The position numbers were made by a program, and so were the translations under genes. Under the pieces are notes generated by a model. That model was not told the origin of the DNA. It searched no databases and saw nothing but the letters and a program-made list of their open reading frames with translations. 64,000 bases of DNA, taken from IMG/VR virus record IMGVR_UViG_3300035670_000025; one strand, given 5' to 3'. Below are positions 39,238 through 49,176 of the stretch, one piece after another; position 1 is the stretch's first letter; each line of letters begins with the position of its first letter. Source of the DNA: a virus.

Positions 39238-40086
39238 ATGTTTGGACACGGAGTATTTTATTTTTCAACTATTCGTAAAATGGTTATTTATTTTGGTAAT
39301 ATTTTTAATGATGTAAGAATAACAAGATCTAATGCTGATGGAAATACAGTTGCAGTATTAAAAATACCTTTGTCTTATGCACCAAAGGATAAAATGCTTG
39401 CACGAGTGGATGCCGATCCAGAAATCACAAGACAAACAGCAATATTTTTACCAAGAATGTCATTTGAGATGACCGGTCTAGGTTATGATGGTTCTAGAAA
39501 ACTTAATACTATATCAAGACAAGTAGTTAAAGATGCATCAAATGCAAATAAATTAAAATCACAATATAATCCAGTTCCATACAATTTTGATTTTAATTTA
39601 TATGTATACGTTAAAAATGCTGAAGACGGAACAAAGATCATTGAACAGATTATTCCATTCTTCACTCCAGATTGGACAGCAACAGTAAACCTAATTCCTG
39701 AAATGAATATTGCTATGGATATTCCAATCATTCTTAATAACATCAGTATGGAAGATACATATGCAGGAAATTTTGAAGAAAGACGAGCAATCATATGGAC
39801 TTTGAATTTTACGGTTAAAGGATGGATGTATGGTCCAGTTGTAAGCAAACCAATTATCAAGATTGCTAATACTCAATTCTTTGTTCCTTCTGGAGGATCA
39901 CAAGCAAATGTTGCTGCATCTGTTGGAGAAACAGATGTTATAGGTAGAGTAACAGTAAACCCTGGATTGGATGCTAATGGCAATCCAACATCAGATGCAA
40001 ATGTTTCTATAGACTATTCATTGATTGAAGTAGATGATGATTTTGGGTATATTATAACATCGGAAGGAATTATTTTGAATGAGTGA
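39238..40086 (+). CDS. gp15: Tail sheath stabilizer/terminator gp15
   Basis: IRK.V..FG..FND; PLSYAPK.K; LPRMSFE; PVPYN; EQI.PFF.P. Confidence 0.93.
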   Translation: MFGHGVFYFSTIRKMVIYFGNIFNDVRITRSNADGNTVAVLKIPLSYAPKDKMLARVDADPEITRQTAIFLPRMSFEMTGLGYDGSRKLNTISRQVVKDASNANKLKSQYNPVPYNFDFNLYVYVKNAEDGTKIIEQIIPFFTPDWTATVNLIPEMNIAMDIPIILNNISMEDTYAGNFEERRAIIWTLNFTVKGWMYGPVVSKPIIKIANTQFFVPSGGSQANVAASVGETDVIGRVTVNPGLDANGNPTSDANVSIDYSLIEVDDDFGYIITSEGIILNE

Positions 40087-40459
40087 TGATACTATTGCCA
40101 CTGCATTAGATTTAACTCCTTTAGAACCAACAAGAAAAGATTTGGTTGCAGTTAAAACTAATAGTGATTATGAAACGGCAAAAGGGAATATGCACAATGT
40201 TATTGATGTTGGGACAAGAGCAATGTCTGATTTAGCAGACATGGCACAGCAATCTCAAGACCCAAGAGTGTACAGAGTTTTGACAGAATTAATTTCTGCA
40301 ATGACCACTGCAAATAAAGAACTTATGGAAATCAAATCCAAAGAAGTTGATATTAGACACAAAGAAGAAAAGGCAAACGATTCACCAAAAACTGTTAATC
40401 AAAATTTATTTGTTGGATCAACTGCTGATTTATTAACATTATTACAAAAGAAAGAATAA
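40079..40459 (+). CDS. gp16: Terminase small subunit gp16
   Basis: DY..A..N; PRVY.V; NQNLFVGST.DL. Confidence 0.88.
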   Translation: MSDDTIATALDLTPLEPTRKDLVAVKTNSDYETAKGNMHNVIDVGTRAMSDLADMAQQSQDPRVYRVLTELISAMTTANKELMEIKSKEVDIRHKEEKANDSPKTVNQNLFVGSTADLLTLLQKKE

Positions 40460-41091
40460 TGAAAACTTTTAAACAATTTCTTAAAGAAGACTCGGGGTAT
40501 CTACCCCCAACATCTATGCAACCTCCTGCAATAGTAACTCCAAGACGTGGAATTGATCATATTGGTAATTTGATTAAAAAATATGTTGCGCCACCAAAAG
40601 ATGAAATAGGAGATTTAATTAGAAGACTAGACAATCCTATAGATCATAAAAAAGAATCAGAAGATTTTATTGAAAGAACTTTCAAGTTGGAAGGGGGATT
40701 ATCAAAAGATAAATCTGATCCTGGAGGAACAACAAAGTTTGGAGTGAGTGAAAAAGGAACAGGACTTTCAAAAAATGAAATAAAAAATCTCTCACACGAA
40801 AAAGCAGGAGAAATATATAAAACACAATATTATAATGAAATGATAAAACATCCAAAATATCATACACTGAGCAAACCATCAAGAGCAATTGTATTGGATG
40901 CATCTGTACATCATGGTCCAAGATTTGCAAAAAAATTAATTGATACCGTAGGAGATAATCCACACGAACTTTTAAACGCAAGACAAAAGGATTATAATAG
41001 ATTAACCGCAAACCCAAAATATGAAAAATATCGTGAAGGGTGGAAAGCAAGATTAAATAAAATAAAAGATGAGTTTGGATTACATAATTAA
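40459..41091 (+). CDS. Glycoside hydrolase family 108 lysozyme with N-terminal capsid-targeting sequence
   Basis: MKTFKQFLKE; EGG...D..DPGG.T.FGV; A..IY...Y; D..VH.G; GW..R. Confidence 0.8.
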   Translation: MKTFKQFLKEDSGYLPPTSMQPPAIVTPRRGIDHIGNLIKKYVAPPKDEIGDLIRRLDNPIDHKKESEDFIERTFKLEGGLSKDKSDPGGTTKFGVSEKGTGLSKNEIKNLSHEKAGEIYKTQYYNEMIKHPKYHTLSKPSRAIVLDASVHHGPRFAKKLIDTVGDNPHELLNARQKDYNRLTANPKYEKYREGWKARLNKIKDEFGLHN

Positions 41092-42713
41092 TGGAACTTA
41101 AAGGTTATCGTGGATCATCCACACTAAAAAAATCAAATGTACAAATAGATTGGACTCCTGAAAAAGTCCAAGAAATGGTTAAGTGTTCACAAGACCCAAT
41201 CTACTTTGCTGAAAATCATATGAAAATTGTGAATGTTGACCAAGGACTAATCACTATTCCTTTATATGATTATCAAAAAGATATCATCACAACAGTTCTT
41301 AATGAAAGGTTTACAGTAGCAGAATGCAGTAGACAGTCAGGGAAAACAACTTCTATTACTGTATTCGTTCTTTGGTATATTATTTTTAATCCAAATAAAA
41401 CTGTAGCAATTCTTGCTAATAAAGCAGAAACTGCAAGAGAAATTCTATCAAGGATACAGTTAGCATACGAACATTTGCCAAAATGGTTACAACAAGGTGT
41501 TATAGAATGGAATAAAGGTTCGTTTGAATTAGAAAACGGATCAAGAGTTATTGCAGCAGCAACCTCTTCAAATAACATTCGTGGTTATTCAATTAATTTA
41601 TTAATCATTGATGAGGCAGCATTTATTGATAATTGGGACGAGTTTTTTACTTCAGTATTTCCAACTATATCATCAGGTGCATCTACAAAACTTGTTCTTG
41701 TATCAACAGTAAACGGATTAAATCATTTTTATAAGATAACATCTTTGGCAAGACAAAATAAAAACAATTACAAATTGATTTCTGTTCCGTGGCAAAATGT
41801 TCCTAACAGAGATGAAAAATGGAAAGAAGAAATTCTTGCAGGAATGAATTTTGACTATGATAGATTTGCACAAGAATATGAAAATCAATATCTTGGTTCA
41901 TCAGGAACTCTTATTGCTGGTTGGAAATTACAAGAATTAGTTCCTCAAACACCAATAGCAGAACATGCTGGTATTAGTCAATATGAAAAACCAAAGAAAA
42001 ACAGGACATATGTTGGTGTTGCTGATGTTTCTCGTGGAAAAGGATTAGATTATTCTGCATTGCAAGTATTTGATGTGACAGAAATGCCATATCAACAAGT
42101 TTTATCGTTCAGAGATAATATGACAACTCCTGGAGATTTTGCAGAAATATTAAACAGAATCGGAAGACAATATAACAATTGTTCTATGTTAATTGAAGTA
42201 AATGATATAGGACAACAAGTAGCAGAATCGTTATATTTTGATTATGAATATGAATCAATGATGTTTACTGAGTCTGCTGGAAAGCAAGGAAAACGAATTA
42301 CTCTGAACTACAAATCTTCAGGAACTGATAGAGGAATAAGAACTACAAAATCTGTAAAAGCAATTGGATGTTCTATGTTAAAATTATTAGTAGAACAAAA
42401 TCAATTACTTATTAATGATTATGAAACAATTCACGAGTTATCTACATTTTCTAAAAAAGGTGCTTCATATGAAGCAGAATCAGGATGCCATGATGATTTG
42501 GTTATGTGTTTAGTTTTGTTTGGATGGTTAACAGAACAGAAATTCTTCAAAGACTTAACTGATATAAACACATTAATGAAATTGAAAGAAAAGAGTTTAG
42601 AAGAATTAAACGATGATATGTTACCGTTTGGATTTATTGATGATGGAGTAGAACCTGTCTCTGATGAAATGTCTTATAGAGATGATTATTGGATTGTTGT
42701 GGATCAAAATTGA
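41091..42713 (+). CDS. gp17: Terminase large subunit gp17
   Basis: SRQSGKTT Walker A, LIIDEAAF Walker B, DVSRG.G.DYS, HDDLVM. Confidence 0.97.
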   Translation: MELKGYRGSSTLKKSNVQIDWTPEKVQEMVKCSQDPIYFAENHMKIVNVDQGLITIPLYDYQKDIITTVLNERFTVAECSRQSGKTTSITVFVLWYIIFNPNKTVAILANKAETAREILSRIQLAYEHLPKWLQQGVIEWNKGSFELENGSRVIAAATSSNNIRGYSINLLIIDEAAFIDNWDEFFTSVFPTISSGASTKLVLVSTVNGLNHFYKITSLARQNKNNYKLISVPWQNVPNRDEKWKEEILAGMNFDYDRFAQEYENQYLGSSGTLIAGWKLQELVPQTPIAEHAGISQYEKPKKNRTYVGVADVSRGKGLDYSALQVFDVTEMPYQQVLSFRDNMTTPGDFAEILNRIGRQYNNCSMLIEVNDIGQQVAESLYFDYEYESMMFTESAGKQGKRITLNYKSSGTDRGIRTTKSVKAIGCSMLKLLVEQNQLLINDYETIHELSTFSKKGASYEAESGCHDDLVMCLVLFGWLTEQKFFKDLTDINTLMKLKEKSLEELNDDMLPFGFIDDGVEPVSDEMSYRDDYWIVVDQN

Positions 42714-42719
42714 TAAATT

Positions 42720-42727
42720 GATAAATA
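42720..42727 (+). promoter_or_regulatory. Late promoter variant for gp18
   Basis: GATAAATA upstream of the AAGGAG RBS. Confidence 0.6.
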
Positions 42728-42773
42728 TCACTAACCACAATAATAATAACAACTCTGAAAAGGAGACAATACA

Positions 42774-45296
42774 ATGCCATTTTTAGTTTCGCCTGGAGTT
42801 AATGTCAGAGAGATTGATTTAACTACCATTGTACCAGCAGTTTCAACAACTGAAGGTGCACTTGGTGGAGTTTTTCGTTGGGGACCAATCGATCAAAGAG
42901 TATTAATCGATTCTGAAACCGAATTAGTAAAAAGATTTGGCAAACCAACAAATCTAAACGCAGAAACTTGGTTTACTGCTGCATCATTCCTTGGTTATGG
43001 AAATCGTCTTTATATTTCACGTGCAGCAAATACTACTGGAGTAACCCCTACTGTTACAGCAAATGTTGAATCCAGCAATGGTATTGTTACACTTGCAACT
43101 GGTAATACTTCCGAACTTTCTGTTGGATTAATTGTCATTTCTTCTGCAAATTCAGGAGTTGCGACTGGAGCAACAATTGCATCAATCATCAATTCTACTG
43201 CATTCTCTATCACAGATACTGATGATGCAATTGCAAATACAACGAACGATGCAATTCAATTTGTATCTAACACAGCATTTTCTGCCGTAGCAAATACTGC
43301 TGCTGTAGCAAATCTAGAATATCAAATAGTTAAAAATGAAGATCACTTCACACAAAAAGATGGAACATTTGATACTGATGTAAAATTTGTTGCTAGATTC
43401 CCAGGAGAATTGGGCAATTCATTAAAGATTTCAGTGTGCGGAAATTCTACTGGTTATTCTTCAACCATTAATCTTTCTTCATATGGCACAAGAACAACAA
43501 TACCAATCACAATCAATTCAAATACTGCCACAGTTCGTCAATCTGCAACATCAAACACCAATGCTTCTGCAAATGCAACCGCATTAAAAGCATTACTAAA
43601 TGTAACAGATCTGATTGAAGTTGGCAATACTTTAATTGGTACACAATTTATGAAAATCACTGCAATTGGTAATACAACAGTTTATGGTAATGCCGCATCA
43701 AATGTTTATGTAAGCACAACTGGAAATTCAACAGTATTAGTAACAAATTCTACAGGTGGTTCAGAAGCAGCAACAAGTAATACTGATGCCCTATATGCGG
43801 GTATGGTTATAACTGCTGGAAACACTTTTGCAGTAGATGCTGTTGTTAACAATGTTATTAACTCAACTGCATTTAATACAACAGTTGCAATTTCTGCAAA
43901 TCTTGTTACAAATGCTACTTTCACAACAGAAGTAACAGTTTCTCCTGCTGCCACATATACAATAAACTTTGAAGATCGTTATGCACTATCTACAGACTAC
44001 ACATTTGTTTCAAACAGCACAACAACAAATGCTGTCACAAGATATTGGGAATTTTATCCATCAGTTGATTCTGCACCAGGACAATCTGATTATGTAATCA
44101 ATTTTGGAAATTCTTCAATCAATTCTGATGAAATGCATGTTGTTGTTTCTGATGAAGGTGGCAAGATTACAGGTGTTCCAGGAACAATCCTTGAAGTTTA
44201 TCGTGCAGTTTCTCGTGCTACCGATGCTAAGACAATCGATGGTGGAGCAAACTACTGGAGAACAGTTATAAACGACCAATCACAATATGTTTATGCAGTA
44301 AATGATATTGCAGGTGCTGCATCAGCAGCAGCAGAAAATCTTGTTAGTTCAACACTAGACAATGTTACATTCCAAATGTCTCTTGGAAGAGATGGTAAGG
44401 ACGAATCAAACATTGAACAATCAATTCTTCTTTCTGCATATGATAAGTTTGCTTCTGCCGAAGACATTGATATTTCATTAATTCTTCAAGGCAAGGCAAG
44501 ATCATTTACTCTTGCAAATTATCTAATTGATAATATCGCAGAAAAGAGAAAAGATTGCATTGTTTTAATTTCACCACAAAAAGGTGATGTTGTTAATAAC
44601 ATTGGTAATGAAGCAGAAGCAGTTGTTAATTTCAGAAATAACATTCGTTCAACTTCATATGCTGTAATGGATTCTGGTTATAAGTATATGTATGATCGTT
44701 ATAATGACATTTATCGTTGGATTCCATTAAACGGTGATACTGCTGGTCTTTGTGTTAGAACTGATCAAACCAATGATCCTTGGTGGTCTCCTGCTGGATT
44801 TAATCGTGGTCAAATTAAGAACATTGTTAAACTTGCATATAATCCAAGACAAGCAGACCGTGATACTCTTTATAAAGCAGGAGTTAATCCAGTAGTAACA
44901 TTCCCAGGTCAAGGAACTGTTTTATTTGGTGATAAGACACTTCTTGCTAAACCATCTGCATTTGATCGCATTAATGTTCGTAGACTATTCATTGTCCTTG
45001 AAAAGGCAATTGCAACTGCATCTAAGTTCACACTTTTTGAATTTAACGATGCATTTACTCGTAGTCAGTTTAAGAATCTTGTTGTTCCATATCTTCGTGA
45101 TGTTCAGGGCCGTCGTGGTATCACAGATTTCCTTGTTGTCTGTGACAGCACAAACAACACCGCAGAAGTTATTGATAGAAACGAATTTGTTGGTGATATC
45201 TATATAAAACCTGCTCGCTCGATTAATTTTATCACCCTAAATTTTGTCGCCGTTCGCACAGGGGTAAACTTCTCTGAAGTTGTTGGACAGTTTTAA
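42774..45296 (+). CDS. gp18: Tail sheath protein gp18, with a large Asn/Thr-rich insertion
   Basis: SPGV.VREIDLT; WWSPAGFNRG; FDRINVRRLF; IKPARSINFITLNFVA. Confidence 0.97.
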   Translation: MPFLVSPGVNVREIDLTTIVPAVSTTEGALGGVFRWGPIDQRVLIDSETELVKRFGKPTNLNAETWFTAASFLGYGNRLYISRAANTTGVTPTVTANVESSNGIVTLATGNTSELSVGLIVISSANSGVATGATIASIINSTAFSITDTDDAIANTTNDAIQFVSNTAFSAVANTAAVANLEYQIVKNEDHFTQKDGTFDTDVKFVARFPGELGNSLKISVCGNSTGYSSTINLSSYGTRTTIPITINSNTATVRQSATSNTNASANATALKALLNVTDLIEVGNTLIGTQFMKITAIGNTTVYGNAASNVYVSTTGNSTVLVTNSTGGSEAATSNTDALYAGMVITAGNTFAVDAVVNNVINSTAFNTTVAISANLVTNATFTTEVTVSPAATYTINFEDRYALSTDYTFVSNSTTTNAVTRYWEFYPSVDSAPGQSDYVINFGNSSINSDEMHVVVSDEGGKITGVPGTILEVYRAVSRATDAKTIDGGANYWRTVINDQSQYVYAVNDIAGAASAAAENLVSSTLDNVTFQMSLGRDGKDESNIEQSILLSAYDKFASAEDIDISLILQGKARSFTLANYLIDNIAEKRKDCIVLISPQKGDVVNNIGNEAEAVVNFRNNIRSTSYAVMDSGYKYMYDRYNDIYRWIPLNGDTAGLCVRTDQTNDPWWSPAGFNRGQIKNIVKLAYNPRQADRDTLYKAGVNPVVTFPGQGTVLFGDKTLLAKPSAFDRINVRRLFIVLEKAIATASKFTLFEFNDAFTRSQFKNLVVPYLRDVQGRRGITDFLVVCDSTNNTAEVIDRNEFVGDIYIKPARSINFITLNFVAVRTGVNFSEVVGQF

Positions 45297-45304
45297 TAAA
45301 TAGA

Positions 45305-45312
45305 TATAAATA
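45305..45312 (+). promoter_or_regulatory. T4-type late promoter for gp19
   Basis: TATAAATA. Confidence 0.75.
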
Positions 45313-45340
45313 ACAAGATTATCAAAGGAGTTATTAAAAA

Positions 45341-45964
45341 ATGACATTCAATATAGAACGATTCAAATCGGAAGGTCTTAATCTAGGAGGAGCCAGACCT
45401 TCTCTATTTGAAATAGAAATGTCTACTTTTCCTGGAAGCAATGGAACCACCTCCCCAGAAAGAATTAGATTTTTGGCAAAAGCATCTTCGATTCCACCAT
45501 CAGTGGTGGAATCTATCGACATTCCATACTTTGGAAGAAAAGTAAAAATTATAGGTGATAGAGTATTTCCAAATTGGTCAATTACAGTAATGAACGATGA
45601 AGATTTTCTAGTCAGAAACTCATTTATGAATTGGCACGAACAATTGAATGGAAAAATAACAAACATTATGTCAGGACAAGTTGGTCCTTCACCATTAACT
45701 TATAAAGCAAATATCGTGGTGAAACAATATTCCAAAGGAGGTTTTGAATATGGAATTCAAGAAGAACCCGGAGTAATTTTTAAATGTACTTTAGTTGGTG
45801 CATTTCCAGTAACAGTTGATGCAATTCAATTGGATTGGGATGCAATCAATCAAGTCGAACAATTTGATGTAGAATTTGCATATGATTATTGGATTTCTGG
45901 AGAATTGACTGCGGAAAGAGGAAATGATACGGCAGATATTTCTACTCCTCCTGGAGTAAGATAA
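45341..45964 (+). CDS. gp19: Tail tube protein gp19
   Basis: GGARPSLF; GRKVKI.GDR.F..W.ITV.NDEDF; FAYDYW. Confidence 0.93.
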   Translation: MTFNIERFKSEGLNLGGARPSLFEIEMSTFPGSNGTTSPERIRFLAKASSIPPSVVESIDIPYFGRKVKIIGDRVFPNWSITVMNDEDFLVRNSFMNWHEQLNGKITNIMSGQVGPSPLTYKANIVVKQYSKGGFEYGIQEEPGVIFKCTLVGAFPVTVDAIQLDWDAINQVEQFDVEFAYDYWISGELTAERGNDTADISTPPGVR

Positions 45965-45977
45965 GGACTGATATAAT

Positions 45978-47612
45978 ATGGCAGATAACAATGGATTTAA
46001 TTTCTTTGGGTTCCAAATTAAACGCAAAGAACCCAAGGAAACAATAAAGTCCTTTACTCCAGAAGTAAAGGACGATGGTGCCGTTGTTGTTGCTGCTGGC
46101 GGGACATTTGGCCAATATATAGATTTAGATGGTACTGTTCGTACAGAAGCAGAACTGGTTGCAAAATACAGAGAAATGTCTTTGCAACCAGAAATCGATA
46201 AAGCAGTAAATGAAGTAACAAATGAAGCAATCGTATCAGAAGATGGTAAAAAAACAGTTGAATTAATCCTAGATGATCTCCCAGTACAAGACAATCTAAA
46301 AAAAGTTATTCTTCAAGAATTCGATAATGTTATCGATTTATTAGATTTCAAAAATAATGCATATGATGTTTTTAAAAGATGGTATATTGATGGAAGAAGT
46401 TATTACCATATCATCATTGACGAAGCAAGACCTGCTGAAGGTATAAAAGAATTGAGATATATTGATCCTCGAAAGATTCGTAAAATTCGTGAGGTAACAA
46501 AGAAAAGAGATGGCAAAACAGATGCCGTAATCCAAAATACCAAAAAAGAATATTACATATACAATGAACGAGGATTGAATTATGGTTCAAAAATAATCTC
46601 TCAACTAGGAACAACCGGTGTAAGAGTTAATCCAGATTCTATTATTCAAGTAGTATCTGGATTGATGGATAAAAATAATACAATGGTATTATCATATCTC
46701 CATCCATCTATTAAACCATTGAATCAATTGAGAGCACTAGAAGATTCTTCTCTAATTTACCATTTGTCTCGTGCTCCCGAAAGAAGAATATTTTATATTG
46801 ATGTTGGAAATCTGCCAAAAATTAAAGCAGAACAATATCTTCGTGAAATGATGGTTAAATATAAGAATAAATTATCATATGATGCAAATACAGGTGAAAT
46901 TCGTGATGACCGTAAGTTTATGACTATGCTTGAAGATTATTGGTTGCCACGCAGAGAAGGTGGAAGAGGAACACAAATAGATGTTCTTCAAGGTGGAACA
47001 GCATTACCACAATTGCTTGAATCTGTTCAATATTTTGAAGATAAATTATACAGATCACTGCAAGTTCCAATGTCAAGATTGAAACCTGATACTGTATATA
47101 CATTAGGTCGTGCAACTGAAATTTCTAGGGATGAAGTCAACTTTGCCAAATTTGTTGACAGAGTAAGAAATAAATTTTCTATGCTATTCATTGCTGCATT
47201 AGAAAAACAACTTATACTGAAGAAAATTGCTGCTCCTGAAGATTGGGAACAGATCAAGAAATTTATTAGATTTAGATTCCTAAGAGATAATTATTTTGCC
47301 GAGTTGAAAGAAATGGAAATTATGGCAGAAAGAATGAATCGTCTTAGAGATGTAGATGATTATGCAGGTAAGTATTATTCGCATCTTTGGATTCGCAGAA
47401 ATGTATTAAAGCAATCTGATGAAGAAATTGAAGAAATGAATGAACAAATTGCGGAAGAAATAGAAAATCCGCAATATAATCAAGAACTTATGATGCAACA
47501 GATGCAACAACAAATGGAACAAGGGCAACCTCCTCCAAAACCTGCTGCTAAAAAACCAGCAAAAAAACAAAAATCTGATGAGAAAAGTGAAGATAAAAAG
47601 GGAGATAAATAA
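45978..47612 (+). CDS. gp20: Portal protein gp20
   Basis: WYIDGR; YIDPRKIRK; RAPERRIFYIDVGNLPK.KAEQY; EDYWLPRREGGRGT. Confidence 0.97.
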   Translation: MADNNGFNFFGFQIKRKEPKETIKSFTPEVKDDGAVVVAAGGTFGQYIDLDGTVRTEAELVAKYREMSLQPEIDKAVNEVTNEAIVSEDGKKTVELILDDLPVQDNLKKVILQEFDNVIDLLDFKNNAYDVFKRWYIDGRSYYHIIIDEARPAEGIKELRYIDPRKIRKIREVTKKRDGKTDAVIQNTKKEYYIYNERGLNYGSKIISQLGTTGVRVNPDSIIQVVSGLMDKNNTMVLSYLHPSIKPLNQLRALEDSSLIYHLSRAPERRIFYIDVGNLPKIKAEQYLREMMVKYKNKLSYDANTGEIRDDRKFMTMLEDYWLPRREGGRGTQIDVLQGGTALPQLLESVQYFEDKLYRSLQVPMSRLKPDTVYTLGRATEISRDEVNFAKFVDRVRNKFSMLFIAALEKQLILKKIAAPEDWEQIKKFIRFRFLRDNYFAELKEMEIMAERMNRLRDVDDYAGKYYSHLWIRRNVLKQSDEEIEEMNEQIAEEIENPQYNQELMMQQMQQQMEQGQPPPKPAAKKPAKKQKSDEKSEDKKGDK

Positions 47613-47615
47613 ATT

Positions 47616-47930
47616 ATGGCTGATAAAGAAGATATTATCACACAAACATTAGACAAAGATGTGGTTGGTATGCAAACCACATTTGCAGAATTAATGCTTG
47701 ATAAGATTCGTGATGCTGTTGCTGAAAGAAAAGCACAAGTAGCACAAGAATTTATGGGAGTCAATTCAGATGATGAAGAATCTGAAGATGACGACACAGA
47801 AGAAGAAACAGAAGATTACGAAGAAAGTGAAGAAGAAGAATTTGAGGATGATGATCTTGAAGTAGGAGATGAACTAGATTTCGATTTTGAAGAAGAAGAC
47901 TTAGAAGGAGATTCAGATGAAAACGCTTAA
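47616..47930 (+). CDS. Acidic prohead core protein (gp67-like position)
   Basis: Directly after the portal; very acidic C-terminal half. Confidence 0.55.
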   Translation: MADKEDIITQTLDKDVVGMQTTFAELMLDKIRDAVAERKAQVAQEFMGVNSDDEESEDDDTEEETEDYEESEEEEFEDDDLEVGDELDFDFEEEDLEGDSDENA

Positions 47931-48792
47931 AGAAATTCTTCAATTAGAGGTTTATGAACCTAAATCTCCTGATGAAAAGAGATTCAAGGACAAGCATGTT
48001 GTTGTTAAGCATAAAGATGCAAATGGCAACGATGATAATTTATTCAATGCAAAGAATATTAAGACTGTAAATCGTACACCTGAGCATGGATATAATCCTG
48101 GTGAAGATGAAAAGGTTTATGAAGAAACCATTGAAGAAAAATCTAAAATAGAACATCCTTTATTCACTGCTGCTAGAAATCGCACAGTTGCTTTGAATCA
48201 AAAAGAAAAGAAAAAAAATAAAACCCCCAAGAATGAAGAATTTGAAGAATTGGAATATTTTGAAACATTAGATGAAAGAGTAACCCGAAAACTTTCACCA
48301 AAAGAACAAAGTAAGATTGCCAAGGTTATGCGGGAGTTTTCTGCTGGAGAACTTAAAGATAGTCACGGCAAACAGGTAACAGATAAAAAGCAAGCATTAG
48401 CAATTGCTTACAGTCAGATGAATGAATCTTCAGACGAACAATCTTTAATAGCAATAAAAAAAGCATATAAAGATACTTTCAACAAAAGAAGCCCAGGCAT
48501 TGTTGCAAAAAGAAACGAATTGAAAGCAGCAGCAAAAGAAGCAACATCTCCTCCATCAACTACAAAAAGAATGTCAAAAATTCTAAAAGGTATTGATGTA
48601 AATAGAATTAGAGCACCAGAATATCCTAAAGAAATGCTAGGTCCAGCAGACGCAGGACCAGATGAAAGATATGGATCAGGTCCAATGGACCCCACACGGG
48701 CATTAGCAAAAGTTCCTGGTAAAGGGGTTGTAGTTGGAACTTTAGATCCAAATTACAAAAAACCATCAAAATCTACAAAAAGCAAGAAGTAA
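47917..48792 (+). CDS. Prohead core/internal head protein, modular (includes DUF6496-like segment)
   Basis: MKTLKEIL.LE start; several hydrophobic-X-E sites; KIAKVMREF..GEL....K.V...KQALAIA. Confidence 0.55.
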   Translation: MKTLKEILQLEVYEPKSPDEKRFKDKHVVVKHKDANGNDDNLFNAKNIKTVNRTPEHGYNPGEDEKVYEETIEEKSKIEHPLFTAARNRTVALNQKEKKKNKTPKNEEFEELEYFETLDERVTRKLSPKEQSKIAKVMREFSAGELKDSHGKQVTDKKQALAIAYSQMNESSDEQSLIAIKKAYKDTFNKRSPGIVAKRNELKAAAKEATSPPSTTKRMSKILKGIDVNRIRAPEYPKEMLGPADAGPDERYGSGPMDPTRALAKVPGKGVVVGTLDPNYKKPSKSTKSKK

Positions 48793-48795
48793 TCC

Positions 48796-49167
48796 ATGAG
48801 TTATTCAATTGTACATAATAGACAAAATTTATCAGTAACAATTCATGCTACCGGCAATAGTACAATAACTATTGCTGGTAATAGTTCTACTTCAAATGTT
48901 GCCACATCAAACGAAATATTAACAGGTGCTGTTATTAAACAAGTTTGGTGGGGATCTCAACCAAATGAAGGTGCTTGTTGGATTGTGAAAAGAGGATCAA
49001 ATACTGTTGGAGTTTATGATTCTACAGGATGGGCAGATTATGCTGGAAACGGTAAAGCATTACTAAAAGATCAAAGTGCAACTCTTGTCCTTGAACTTAT
49101 AGGTACTTCAAACGGTTATATTATGATTGATCTACAAAAGATCGGCAATTTTATTAGCACATATTAA
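48796..49167 (+). CDS. Small putative virion protein upstream of gp21
   Basis: Compact beta-rich ORF in the head gene block. Confidence 0.5.
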   Translation: MSYSIVHNRQNLSVTIHATGNSTITIAGNSSTSNVATSNEILTGAVIKQVWWGSQPNEGACWIVKRGSNTVGVYDSTGWADYAGNGKALLKDQSATLVLELIGTSNGYIMIDLQKIGNFISTY

Positions 49168-49176
49168 GAGGAATTC

